Assembly: GCF_009914755.1 (NCBI RefSeq)
Contig: NC_060935.1
Direction: 5' to 3' (one strand)
DNA: 64,000 bases
Origin: the human T2T-CHM13v2.0 reference genome, Homo sapiens
Shown here one piece after another: positions 24,067 through 37,589 of the stretch (within the stretch, counting starts at the first letter, position 1; every line of letters begins with the position of its first letter). The position numbers and the translations under genes were made by a program. The notes under the pieces were generated by a model. It was given only the letters and a program-made list of their open reading frames with translations. It did no database searches and was not told the DNA's origin.

Positions 24067-26859
24067 CTGAGTTGGCATTTCCCCATCACCAGGTGTGTCC
24101 TGAGTCGGCATCTCCCCGTCACCAGGCGTGTCCTGAGTCGGCATCTCCCCGTCACCAGGTGTGTCCTGAGTCGGCATCTCCCCGTCACCAGGCGTGTCCT
24201 GAGTCGGCATCTCCCCGTCACCAGGTGTGTCCTGAGTCGGCATCTCCCCGTCACCAGGTGTGTCCTGAGTCGGCATTTCCCCATCACCAGATGTGTCCTG
24301 AGTCGGCATCTCCCCGTCACCAGGTGTGTCCTGAGTGTGTCCTGAGTCGGCATTTCCCCGTCACCAGGTGTGTTCTGAGTTGGCATCTCCCCATCACCAG
24401 GTGTGTCCTGAGTCGGCATCTCCCCGTCACCAGGTGTGTCCTGAGTCGGCATCTCCCCGTCACCAGGTGTGTCCTGAGTCGGCATTTCCCCGTCACCAGG
24501 TGTGTCCTGAGTGTGTCCTGAGTCGGCATCTCCCCGTCACCAGATGTGTTCTGAGTCGGCATCTCCCCGTCACCAGGTGTGTCCTGAGTCGGCATCTCCC
24601 CGTCACCAGGTGTGTCCTGAGTCGGCATTTCCCCATCACCAGATGTGTCCTGAGTCGGCATCTCCCCGTCACCAGGTGTGTCCTGAGTGTGTCCTGAGTC
24701 GGCATTTCCCCGTCACCAGGTGTGTTCTGAGTTGGCATCTCCCCATCACCAGGTGTGTCCTGAGTCGGCATCTCCCCGTCACCAGGTGTGTCCTGAGTCG
24801 GCATCTCCCCGTCACCAGGTGTGTCCTGAGTCGGCATTTCCCCGTCACCAGGTGTGTCCTGAGTGTGTCCTGAGTCGGCATCTCCCCCTCACCAGGTGTG
24901 TTCTGAGTTGGCATCTCCCCATCACCAGGTGTGTCCTGAGTCGGCATCTCCCCGTCACCAGGTGTGTCCTGAGTCGGCATCTCCCCGTCACCAGGTGTGT
25001 CCTGAGTGTGTCCTGAGTCGGCATTTCCCCGTCACCAGGCGTGTCCTGAGTCGGCATCTCCCCGTCACCAGATGTGTTCTGAGTCGGCGTCTCCCCGTCA
25101 CCAGGTGTGTCCTGAGTCGGCATTTCCCCGTCACCAGGTGTGTCCTGAGTGTGTCCTGAGTCGGCATCTCCCCCTCACCAGATGTGTTCTGAGTCGGCAT
25201 CTCCCCATCACCAGGTGTGTCCTGAGTCGGCATCTCCCCGTCACCAGGTGTGTCCTGAGTCGGCATCTCCCCGTCACCAGGTGTGTCCTGAGTGTGTCCT
25301 GAGTCGGCATTTCCCCGTCACCAGGCATGTCCTGAGTCGGCATCTCCCCGTCACCAGATGTGTTCTGAGTCGGCATCTCCCCATCACCAGGTGTGTCCTG
25401 AGTCGGCATTTCCCCGTCACCAGGTGTGTCCTGAGTGTGTCCTGAGTCGGCATCTCCCCCTCACCAGATGTGTTCTGAGTCGGCATCTCCCCATCACCAG
25501 GTGTGTCCTGAGTCGGCATCTCCCCGTCACCAGGTGTGTCCTGAGTCGGCATCTCCCCGTCACCAGGTGTGTCCTGAGTGTGTCCTGAGTCGGCATTTCC
25601 CCATCACCAGGCGTGTCCTGAGTTGGCATCTCCCCGTCACCAGGTGTGTCCTGAGTGTGTCCTGAGTCGGCATCTCCCCCTCACCAGATGTGTTCTGAGT
25701 CGGCATCTCCCCATCACCAGGTGTGTCCTGAGTCGGCATCTCCCCGTCACCAGGCATGTCCTGAGTCGGCATCTCCCCGTCACCAGATGTGTTCTGAGTC
25801 GGCATCTCCCCATCACCAGGTGTGTCCTGAGTCGGCATCTCCCCGTCACCAGGTGTGTCCTGAGTCGGCATCTCCCCGTCACCAGGCATGTCCTGAGTCG
25901 GCATCTCCCCGTCACCAGATGTGTTCTGAGTCGGCATCTCCCCATCACCAGGTGTGTCCTGAGTCGGCATTTCCCCGTCACCAGGTGTGTCCTGAGTGTG
26001 TCCTGAGTCGGCATCTCCCCCTCACCAGGTGTGTTCTGAGTTGGCATCTCCCCATCACCAAGTGTGTCCTGAGTCGGCATCTCCCCGTCACCAGGTGTGT
26101 CCTGAGTGTGTCCTGAGTCGGCATCTCCCCCTCACCAGGTGTGTTCTGAGTTGGCATCTCCCCATCACCAGGTGTGTCCTGAGTCGGCATTTCCCCATCA
26201 CCAGGTGTGTCCTGAGTGTGTCCTGAGTCGGCATTTCCCCGTCACCAGGTGTGTCCGGAGTCGGCATTTCTCCGTCACCAGGTGTGTCCTGAGTGTGTCC
26301 TGAGTTGGCATCTCCCCCTCACCAGGCGTGTCCTGAGTTGGCATCTCCCCATCACCAGGTGTGTCCTGAGTGTGTCCTGAGCCGGCATCTCCCCGTCACC
26401 AGGTGTGTCCTGAGTGTGTCCTGAGTTGGCATCTCCCCCTCACCAGGCGTGTCCTGAGTTGGCATCTCCCCCTCACCAGGTGTGTTCTGAGTTGGCATCT
26501 CCCCATCACCAGGTGTGTCCTGAGTCGGCATCTCCCCGTCACCAGGTGTGTCCTGAGTGTGTCCTGAGTCGGCATCTCCCCCTCACCAGGTGTGTTCTGA
26601 GTTGGCATCTCCCCATCACCAGGTGTGTCCTGAGTCGGCATTTCCCCATCACCAGGTGTGTCCTGAGTGTGTCCTGAGTCGGCATTTCCCCGTCACCAGG
26701 TGTGTCCGGAGTCGGCATTTCTCCGTCACCAGGTGTGTCCTGAGTGTGTCCTGAGTTGGCATCTCCCCCTCACCAGGCGTGTCCTGAGTTGGCATTTCCC
26801 CATCACCAGGTGTGTCCTGAGTGTGTCCTGAGCCGGCATCTCCCCATCACCAGGTGTGT
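24067..26859. repeat. 33-bp minisatellite (~78 units) punctuated by ~20 11-bp short units
   Basis: Consensus CCTGAGTCGGCATCTCCCCGTCACCAGGTGTGT; short unit CCTGAGTGTGT. Confidence 0.97.
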
Positions 26860-29800
26860 TTTCAAGCTCTGCTCGGCTTGCTTTTCTCATCAGCTGCTCC
26901 TGGGCCCGCCTGCTCACACTGCAAGATGCAGCTCTCCCAGAAACCCAAAGGGACTTAAGGATGATGAGGAGGAGCTCCAGAAGAAACTTAATTCACAGCT
27001 ATAAGACTGGGAAAAAAAAGAACTGAGCAGAAAGGGCACTTGAATTAAGCATTTCATGAAAATGAGAATACTGCATGTGGATTATTCAGCTGCAGTGTCC
27101 TCATGGCCCATCTCAAAGCCCTGGAAGCTCATCTCATCTTAGCCAAGCCCTGACCCAGGGCCTGTGGCTCTCAGTGTCCCTGAGTCCAATACTGCAGAGG
27201 CACCTCCAGGACACTGCTGGGCACCAGAGGATCTCGAGCCCACAGGTGGCCCCTGCTGTGCTTCTCACATGGCCCTGGGCACATCTGCCAGGCCCCCAGC
27301 ATGGCCCCTCTGTCCCAAGCCCACAGTGACCCTAACATTACCAGTCCCATGGTGGCTGAGATGGCAAGAGTGTAGGGTTTTCACAGAAAGTACAGGATGG
27401 CAGGTTTTTTAGTGTGTGTCTCATGCAATGATTGAAATACATGTATACAAAAACTAATTATCTAAAATTGAAATTAAATTGGGTGCCCTCTGTTTGTGTT
27501 TGATAAATCTGGCCACGCTGCAGGTGCAGGGACTTGCTCCTGAGCACTCACTGCTGCTCATCTGCCTCTGCCAGAAGTCTGTCCCCATGAGACAGCCCTG
27601 AACTTCTCCCCCAACCCCATGCTCACCTCAGCCTTGGATGGCAGCAAGTAGAGTACAAGTGGCTTGCTTTGCATGGGAGCAACTTCCGCTACTGGCATCT
27701 GAAAAGGCTCTGCTGCTGGTGGACCAGGGAGAAGGGAAGCTGCCCTCAATCTATTAAGCGGGACTAAACCAGACTGGCAGAGTTACCTGTTACCATGGAC
27801 ACAGAACAATCAGTGTTTTTCCCAAAAAGACAGGATTCAAAAAATATTATCAGTGGAGTACACTGCTTTTGTTACATGGGGTGTTTGAATGAATTGTGAA
27901 GACACCGCAATAGCATTTTGCAGGTGAGTAAGCAGAAGCCTGGGTCGCCTGGCTGCAGCACTAAGCACTCTGCCAGTCCACACTGCTCCCTGAGTCTCCC
28001 TGCAGGGCCTGGTCAGGTGGGAGGCGACCATCGCAGCCAGCAGAACTCTACCACAAAGCTCTATGAATGCTTCTAGATCCTAGGTCGTCTGACTCTTGTC
28101 TCCTGAGATCCCTCTGGAAAGTCACCTGTGTTCTTCCCTCTCTGCCGCCACTGCCAGTGGCTTCTGACTTTGGCTACCGAAATGCAATGCCTGTGGCTTA
28201 GAATCTCCCTCCATGCTTCAGTGAATGTGCATCTTCTCTGAGTTTGTTATTGTTTCCTGTTCAATACGCTCAGCAATGAGAAAAAAATCAGAGCATTCAA
28301 AGAAAGGAAAGCTGCAAAGGCTCACAGCAAGCGCTGTGTCTGGTGTTCACAGACCTGGGATGGAGAGTCCCCTCCCTGATCTTTCCTCCCCCTGGATGTT
28401 GTTTTTATTTTTCTGGAGAGCTGCCATCACCCCCTCCCGCAGCCCTTGTGTACAGAATTCTCTCTTAATTCCCACACCTAGGCCAAGAGGACCCTCCCAC
28501 TCCCTGGAGCTCAGTCCCTGCCTGACCCTGTGACCTGTGAGAAGTGGACATCCAGGTGGGCAGTGGTCCCCAGGTAGGTGCAGGGACCACAGCGGGGTCA
28601 GGAGAAGAGGACAGGGAGTGTCCGGCTCCTTAGGAAGGGGCAGATGGGCCTGTGGCAAGCAGGGGCTGCTGGCTGCAGGAAGTGACATATGCAGGTTGCC
28701 ATACAGGGTCCGGACTCTCAGCGACGCACAGAGAATCCCAGGGAATGAACCTGAGAAGGATTCTGTCTGTAAAAGAAGAGACCTGGCACCTTCCCATTGG
28801 CAGCAGCTGACTTTAAATCTTGGTCTCCCTGCCATTTAATTAGCATGTCTTTTTGAGTACCAGACAAGTGTCTAACAACCTAGGGGAAGAGAGATGTGGG
28901 TATAAAGTTAACATTAGAAGGTTGAAAAGCCTTAGACATGAACTGGGATTCCCAGGACTCTTGTTCAAAATTAACCACCAACACTCACTGAAGGGGGTTG
29001 GGGCTGCAACCTTCAGAGGTGAACTCACTTTTTGGCATTTCCACAGGCAAACACGTAAATGAAGAAAAGCCCTGAGCTTTGTAAAGGTCCCTTCCACTCT
29101 GTTTCACTAGAAGCATTCCTAGGATGATGGAGCTCACCATTGGGCTGGAGTGCTGAAGCCCACGCTTGAAAGAGCTGATTACTCTGCGGGGAGCCCCCGT
29201 CCTCAGGGCTACTGTTTTGGCTACAGGGCACTGTGCCAGCCTCACCACCTCTGAAGCTCTGGGGCCTGGTGAGATTTGGGAAAGCCTCAAGCATCTCCTC
29301 CCCAATTCCACTTGATCTCATCCTTTGAATGAGATCAGAATGGCTTTACAGCCCCATCAGTGATCAGAAAAGTGGAGTCACGGATTAACTATTATCAAGA
29401 AGTAAGAAGCAGTGGCAGATGATCAATACTGTTCCTGCTCTCCCAGCGCAGACCGACTTTACTGGGCTTTTTTTCTTTTTCTTAAAGAAGCTGCAGATCC
29501 ATCTGGACAAGATGAAAAATTGATGCTTTCCCTGTACTCTAAATGGAGGCAGCTTTGTTCTCTCCCTTGGGCTAACTCTGAGTACCTGCTGTTCACAGAA
29601 GCCTCCAAAAACACAAGCTAATGAGGCCCTACGCACTTTGCTTCACTGATGGGGCACCTGCTTTACCTCTTCATTTACAGGTTGATGGAGATGGGAAGAT
29701 AGCATACTTACCCTTTTTGTCCACGCAGGAACGTGGGAGCTCTGTTCTATTCTGTAGGTACCTATTCAAGTCTATACATGAAAAGGTGACAATGTGACAA

Positions 29801-30004
29801 GCCTGGTGGCTTTGACCAACACTGGCCCTCACCTTAGCTTCACTTTGACCCTCCAGGCCAGCCTCCAGCTATTTCAGCTCCCCAAGTGCCAGATCTCAGA
29901 GACAGCTTGGTTGCTACAGAGAGACACTGACATCTGGTCTCTGCCTCCTGGTTCAGAAGGAGGGAGGGGAAAAGGATGGCAGGTAAAGTACAGCACAGAG
30001 ATTG

Positions 30005-30215
30005 ACATACTGGGTTTAAGGCTCAGTCAAACCCTGGTTAGAGTTTACCAGCTGTGAGACACAGGGTAAATCACTCAACCTCTCTGAGTCTCCATTCCTT
30101 CCTCTATAAAGAACAGTGAATTGTTTCCACTTAGAGAGTTGATTAGTGAGATACTCTATGCAAAGCCTGGGTTGCAGTGTCTGGCATAGTGAGTGTTCAC
30201 AGCATTGCTGTCATT
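30005..30215 (+). mobile_element. MIR
   Basis: ctgggtttaag...taccagctgtgagac...aaatcactcaacctctctgagtctc. Confidence 0.65.
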
Positions 30216-30987
30216 GCTGTGCTGCTGTCATTCTCTTAATGTAGAGCCAGGATGCACCTGTAATACAAGCACGGACCGGGGCAGGGCCATGGCACAGAGG
30301 AGGTGAGGGACGTCTGAACGGGGGGAGGTGATCATGGAGCACAGCAGCTCCTAGAGCTGCGGGGGTGGGGACGGCGGCAATCTGTATGTCTGCCCCACGA
30401 AGAGAGAACAGAACTCATCTCTGAGTGCCATGTCCGGTGTCACTGCCTGGGGAGGTGATGATAAGCAGGCTTTGAGTTTGAACCTGGTAAGGTTACTGAG
30501 ACACACAATGTTTTTGGCCACCATCTTTTTTTTCCTAACCCCTTCTCTTCTCGTGGTAAAACCTTTAGCCTTAGTCTCCTCCAAAAAATATAAAACCCAT
30601 GAGCGTCTCATGGGTTTCTAAACCTTTCAGAGGTATCAGCCTGGAGGGCAGGCAAAAGTGCAGTCCTTTTAATAATGTGCTGTGTGGCCTGACATGGAGC
30701 TGAGCCTTCAGAACTGTGGGAAAGGAGGCTGCATCCCACCCACACGGAGCTCCATCCCACAAGTGCTTCCCCAGGGCCTGGAGGCTCCCCAGGAGAAAGG
30801 CCACTCAACCTAAGAAGACAGCCTCATGTGGAAGATTTTTCAAGAGCTTCATTAGAAAGTCTTGTGATTACTAAGCCAGAAAGCTCCCCCGCTTCAACAC
30901 ACACACACCCACATACACCTTTAATCATGCTGCAATGAAAAGTCAGAGGAGAAGATTTCAGAGGTTTAGCTCTGAGATGCCTTTAAC

Positions 30988-31491
30988 CATCTCAGGCGAA
31001 AGGGTTTGGGGTCAGGTATGTTTACCCTCCACCCCCACCGTCTCAGGCGAAAGGGTCTGGGGTCAGGTATGTTTACCCTCCACCCCCACCGTCTCAGGCG
31101 AAAGGGTCTGGGGTCAGGTATGTTTACCCTCCACCCCCACCGTCTCAGGCGAAAGGGTCTGGGGTCAGGTATGTTTACCCTCCACCCCCACCGTCTCAGG
31201 CGAAAGGGTCTGGGGTCAGGTATGTTTACCCTCCACCCCCACCGTCTCAGGCGAAAGGGTCTGGGGTCAGGTATGTTTACCCTCCACCCCCACCGTCTCA
31301 GGCGAAAGGGTCTGGGGTCAGGTATGTTTACCCTCCACCCCCACCGTCTCAGGCGAAAGGGTCTGGGGTCAGGTATGTTTACCCTCCACCCCCACCGTCT
31401 CAGGCGAAAGGGTCTGGGGTCAGGTATGTTTACCCTCCACCCCCACCGTCTCAGGCGAAAGGGTTTGGGGTCAGGTATGTTTACCCTCCAC
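30988..31491. repeat. 51-bp VNTR, ~10 near-identical copies
   Basis: Unit CGTCTCAGGCGAAAGGGTCTGGGGTCAGGTATGTTTACCCTCCACCCCCAC. Confidence 0.97.
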
Positions 31492-32222
31492 TGACTTTTC
31501 AACTTCCGGCTCCTTCATTGCTCCAAAATCCTAACTACAGCAGGGAAAAAACACACAGAGAGGCCGCAGCACAGAATGAAGTGACATGAAAGATTAAACT
31601 ACACGCCTGACCACACATGAACCATGGTAGCATGGCACAGACACAGTGAGAGACACGAACATGGGGTCAAGCCCATGCACACGGTGACCACGGGAACTCC
31701 CAGCTTGGTGGCTCCCATTATCCCAAGGGCCTGCACCGAAGCGGGTGAAACCCACAAGGGCCCTGCACCTATGTCCACTGAGGCATAACCTGTGAACCAA
31801 GTCCCACATGGGGGGGGTGGGGCCCCCAGAGTACACTCAGAGCCACCTGGGAGCATCAGGGAATACACCCACTTGGGTGACCAGAGCTTGGTTGAAGACC
31901 CAGCTGTGCTGTAACCAGCAGTGAGGCTGGATTTTCACCCCAATCTTCAGGCTGCAAAGCCGACATGCATTCCACAGTGGCAACCCACCTCCTGCTTTGG
32001 CCTGGAGCTACTCTGCATCTGGAAGCTGATGGACAGTGAGAGTTAGCCTCATCGGTGATAGGAAAAAATGAGCCCAGAGTCCCCCTGGGGGTGCCTGTGG
32101 GGCTGAGAGAGGCTCTGGAGGGAGGTGGATGAAGTCCAGATCTGGAATTCTGCACTCCAGCCTCCTGAGCTACCAGGACTCTGGACTGCTGACCCTGCCC
32201 TCAGCAGGAGTTGAAGCAGTAG

Positions 32223-32645
<423 letters not shown>

Positions 32646-32663
32646 TGATTGTTTAACTTACAT

Positions 32664-33227
32664 CTGCCGGGCGAAGAGTCAGAGCCCTGGCATTGGGAAG
32701 TGGTCAACTCGTGGGTTGGTAAAAATAATTTACCAACAATAGTATAGGTTTGAAAAAGGAAAGTTTATTAGAAAGGAATCACACTGCAAAAGGGTGCAGT
32801 GGGGTGCCTCATTGAGAGAGGACTGAGCGTGCCGCAGTGAATTTTCCTTAGGAGCATTTATGGAGCTTAAGAGGGGAGCTTGAGGGTAATTTGGGACACA
32901 TTAGCCACATAGGTTATAATAATGATTACATTTGTAGACATTTTGGTGCCTTAATGTAAGCAAGCATTGCAAAATGAGTTTCCACATGGCATTTCAGAGA
33001 TGTATGGACATTTTAGTTACTTATAAAAGTTGAACGAGGCCTGGAACCAGATGCCAACTTTAGATACTAGAGAAGTTTAATTATTATTCCCAGGGAAGGA
33101 GTTTTGCCTCCGGATGGCCTGTTTGATGGTCACCAGGGGGTCTTTGCTCCCTTCCAAATTCCGCAAATTAGGAGTTTTTTACTCCATTCTCTGTTCAGTG
33201 GTCACCAGGTGACTTTTACTCTCCTCA
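32664..33227 (-). mobile_element. ERV1 LTR (MER66-like)
   Basis: gtataggtttgaaaaaggaaagtttattagaaagg...gtcaccaggtgacttttactctcctca. Confidence 0.6.
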
Positions 33228-33280
33228 GCAACTGCCACCCTTTCTAGATTGTAAATCTTCCCGAAAGCAGGGATCATATC

Positions 33281-33649
33281 TGTAGTAGTCCATTCTCACA
33301 CCACTATAAAAAACTGCCCAAGACTGGGTAATTTATTAAGGAAAGAGGTTTAATTGACTCACAGTTCCCCATGACTGGGGAAGCCTCAGAAAACTTACAA
33401 CTATGGTGGAAGGGGAAGCAAATATGTCCTTGTTCTCATCGTGGCAGGAGAGAGAAGTGCCAGCAGGGGAAATGCCAGACATTTATAAAACCATTAGATC
33501 TCATGAGGACTCACCCACTATCATGAGAACAGCATGGGGGAAACCACACCCATGATCCAATTATCTCCACCTGGTCCCACCCTTGACATGTTGGGATTAT
33601 TACATTTCAAGGTGAGATTTGAGGGGGGACACAGAGCCAAACCATATCA
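33281..33649 (-). mobile_element. THE1C/D solo LTR
   Basis: TG...CA termini, 5-bp TSD ATATC, gactgggtaattta...gacacagagccaaaccatatca. Confidence 0.9.
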
Positions 33650-34864
33650 ATATCTGAGCCACCTCTGTATCATTCACACGCATTGCCCCATCGACCCTTA
33701 GGACACCCCTTTGAGGCTGGGTTAGCATCTGTCCCCAGGGATAATAGGAGGCCTCAGAAAGCACACATGGCAGCACCGGACAGACCTGGAGCTGGTTCCA
33801 GCTCCTCCACTCCTTAGCTGTGTCTCTTTGTGCAGATTAGTGAAACTCTAAACTCCTCTTTTCTCTTGGGGGTCAGGCGCTGATGTGGAAAGGAGACACA
33901 GCAAAGGCTCAGAGTAACTACATGAGCGACTGTTGTCATGTCCTCACTGATATCACAGGAGGAAACAGGCTTAGTGGAAGGCTTGTCCTGTCTTGCTGCC
34001 CAGCAAGGCAGTGGGGGGACCCGGTGCTCAGGGACTCAAATTCATTCCTCTAAGAAAAGTGTGAAGAGGGTAAACAAATTCAAAGACACTCTATGTAGTC
34101 TGTTCTTCATGATCAGATGAGAAAACACCATGAACGGCGTGTTTCTAAGCTTAGCGAAGAGCAACGTGGAATGAACCCCAGGGGTGAAGGAGAAGTCCTA
34201 GGAGGCCCCAGGCAGCCTTCACAAGAGCAACTGGAGGCTTGATGTCCAGCAGATTCCTTTGTCCATGGTGACCTCTCCCTCCTGTCTCCTGACCACTGCC
34301 TCAGCCCTGCCTGTTCAAACACCTAGAGGAAGTGGCTATTTTTCCTGCGTGAAGTCTCCTGGGGAAAAGTCTTTGAATCCTAGTGCCTGGGGGAATGAGA
34401 GCATCTAAAGTGACAGCATCAAGGCCCAGAAGGCCAACTCAGGGATGACGTCTGGGAGGAAATCAGTTAAACCTCACCCCTCTGCTGCTCTGAACCTCCT
34501 GCAACCTGGACATTGGGGTGGCACCCAGAGCACTGGCTTAGCTGTGAAGACAGGAGTGTGCACTCCAGCGCTGCCTTTTCCTAATAACTGGGTGATCTTG
34601 CAGAGTTACTTTGAATCTCTAAGCCTTGATACCCTCCTCTGTAAAAAAATACAGTTTGAGGGATTAAAGCTGAATACTTTTTTAAAGTACCTGCCACAGT
34701 GAAGTGATCAACAGAATGAACTTCCTTCCCCTTTTCCTTTTCCCCTCAGAACTCCCCCCTCATAATTATGGATTCTCCACATCTTCAGGGCAGAGATCTG
34801 AAACAGTGGAGGTTGAGGTGGTAGGGGAGTTCAGTCTAGGTTTTCTGTAGCTATAAAAGATGGG

Positions 34865-35220
34865 TACCATGGTCCTGTTTCCCCCAAACTGATGTTGAAA
34901 CCTAATGCCCTCCAAAGTGATGAGTTTAAGAGTTGTGGCTTTTTGGAATTGACTAGGTCATGGAGGTGGAAATTTCATGGATGGGATGAGTGACCTCTTC
35001 AGAGAGGCCCAAGAGAGACCCTTCATCCTTTCTAGTATGTGAGGACACAGTAAGAAGGCACCATCGATGAACTAGGGAGTGAATCCTCCCCAGACACCGA
35101 ATTTGCTGGTGACTTGGTCATAGATTTGCCGCCTCCATAACAGTGAGCAATAAATTTCTGTTGTTTATAAACCTCCCAGCTTATGGTATTTTGTTATAGC
35201 ATCCAGAGCAGACGAAGACA
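34865..35220 (+). mobile_element. MaLR LTR (MLT1A/MSTD-like)
   Basis: caataaatttctgttgtttataa...tatggtattttgttatagca...aagaca. Confidence 0.75.
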
Positions 35221-36099
35221 GTGGGTGACTCTTGCCACAGGAGTGTAAAGGTCTCGTCAGTGTAGTGGAGGAGAGGGGTCTCTCTCAGCCCATGGCCTGC
35301 TCTGATTACTGAAGCAAGGACCCTTATGCCCTCAACACCATTTACAAGATGGCTCCAAGGCTGCACCTGCCAGGACACATGGCCCCTGCTGGGTACGTAG
35401 AGAAAGCTGACATGTGCAAACATCACTCACTTCTCTTCCACTCTTGCTCTCTGTTCTCTCATTGTATTGATCAATTCATGTTCTAGATCCTACCAGTGCC
35501 AAAATCACCTTTTCTGTTCCCCTTGCTCCACTTTAACTTGTTTGAAAAGAGATAGCTCCTCCCCACCATTGGACAATAATTGCTTTACCTGGGATTGAGT
35601 AGAAAGGCAGTGTGAGCTTGCCTTGGAAGTCAAAGCCACTTAGAAACCTGAGCCTGGAGGTGCATCACACACAGGTCCAGAGTTTTCTCTTCTGGGCTAT
35701 TATGGAGAAATGGCCATCCTGGAGGAAGAAGAAGCTGTCTCCCAGGGACTTCCAGGCCTTGGCGGCCCAGGGAGTCTCACTCAGCAGGCCCAGGCTCAGC
35801 TAAGACATCCCATTCTCAAAGCCCTGGGGACAGAGGCAGCTCCCTCTCCCCAGAATTGTCTCCCCGGTCTCTGAATCCTGGCAGGAAGGGGGAAGAGCCT
35901 CAGCATTTTGTAAGAAGAGAAGGGCAGGCTTATGGTTCAGCCACTGGGTTATAGACACTGTCCTGGGCTTCCGCCCCTGAGGATACCTGAACTTACAGCT
36001 GAGCATCCTCTCCTGGAGTTCTGAGTAGCTTCTTGCTTTCTGGAACTCCTTCCTGGCTGTGCCACCCACTCAGTTCCCATTTCAAGGAGTCCCTTGTGG

Positions 36100-37370
36100 T
36101 TGACATTTGAATACTACCTTGCAGGAGTCAGCATTATTTCACACCTTCAGCACGGATCATCTCTTTCCTGCTTGAAATGCCTTCCTCTCCAGGATTCCAG
36201 GATCCCACACACTCCACCTCTAGTTCTCTCAGTCTCTTACCAGGTTCCCCTTCTCTGCCCCTTCTCTCTAGGAAGTGTTCCTTTTGCAAAATAATGACCA
36301 CATCTGTAGCTTCAGCCCTGACTTCACTCCTGGACTCTAGGTTCATTTATCTATCTGCCTCTACCTCCTCTGCAAGCATCTCAAATTGAGAAGATCCACA
36401 AAAATTGTTGAATTCACACATCCAAAAACTGTTTTGCCCGTCTTCCTTGTTTTTGTAAATGGCATCATCATGGGCTCATTCCTGAGACTAATGCCCTAGG
36501 AGTCATTCATGGTTCTTCTCTTTCCCTGGAAACACTGGTCTGGCCCATAGGAGATTCTCCTGAATTCTACCTTCTAAGTCTTTTCCTAATCCAGTCATCT
36601 TCCCTGTCTCCACTGTGACCAGTGCCATTCAGCATGCCATCATTTCTTGCCTGGACAAGGCAACAACCTCTTATCTAGCCTTTCTTTCTTCCCTCTGAAA
36701 TAAAAATTTATTATTCCCTCAGAAGACAGAGTAATTTTCTGAAATGTGCATCAGATTGCATGATTCCAGTGCACACTGAACGTGGTTCTACATGACAGCC
36801 GGTCTCCCGAGTTATCCAGCTCACTTCCACACCTCACTGTGTCCCAGCACACTCATCCTTGCCTTCTTTCAACATCTCAGGGATGTTTCTCTGCCTAGAG
36901 TCCTCCCCGCAGGGCTGCACACATAGCCACCCATCTCCCATCACTCAGGCTGGAGAATTACCCACTCAGAAAGGCCTCCAAAGACATTACAGTCAGAACC
37001 TCATGTTTCCTCCCACCTCGGTCTCTCTCTCTTTATACTCTATTTAGATTTATATTATCTTTCTCTTTTTTCCCTTCTTTTCTGCTTTTTTTTTTTTGAG
37101 ATGGGGTCTTGCTATGTTGCACAGGCTAGAGTGCAGTGGCTACTTACAGGCGTAAGCATAGCTCACTATAGCCTCGAACTCCTGTGCTCGACTAATCCTC
37201 CTGCCTCAGCCCCCTGAGCCCACGGACACATGCCATGGTGCCTGGCAAATATTTAGATTTTTTCACAGCACATTTTACTATCTGAAATTAGCTCAACATT
37301 TTCGTTATTTACTTATTTATTGTCTTTCTCCCTGGCAGTAAACCATAGGAACATGTTCTCTGAAGTATGC
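36100..37370 (+). mobile_element. L2 remnant interrupted by a FLAM/AluJ monomer (~37085-37245)
   Basis: Pyrimidine-rich L2 motifs (gtaaatggcatcatc, taggagtcattc, catcatttcttgcctggac). Confidence 0.6.
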
Positions 37371-37589
37371 CCATAAAAAATTGTGTATTTGCCTAGCCCC
37401 AGCTACTCAGGATATTGAGGTGGGAGAATGACTTGAGCCCAGGAGTTTGAGATCAGCTTGACCCATATAGCAAGGCCCCATCTCAAAAAGTATATATTGC
37501 ATGTATTGGAAAATTATTATAAAATTATTTATTGTATACATTGCATGTATATATTTTGTGTATTGTATGCATATGTAAGATGTGCATAA

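Noticed and set aside
24067-26859. CRISPR-like look (repeat plus short spacer) and many overlapping ORFs (MPTQDTPGDGE, CPESASPRHQV)
   Set aside because: The spacers are invariant deletion derivatives of the unit, there are no cas genes, and the context is eukaryotic. The ORFs are by-products of a 33-bp period and are frameshifted by each 11-bp unit.
30935-31534. 199-aa ATG-initiated ORF with 17-aa repeats
   Set aside because: It is almost entirely the 51-bp VNTR, with no recognisable domain or transcript evidence.
33199-33213. GTCACCAGGTG shared between the MER66-like LTR and the 33-bp VNTR core
   Set aside because: The match is only 11 bp and the flanks do not align, so it is probably coincidental.
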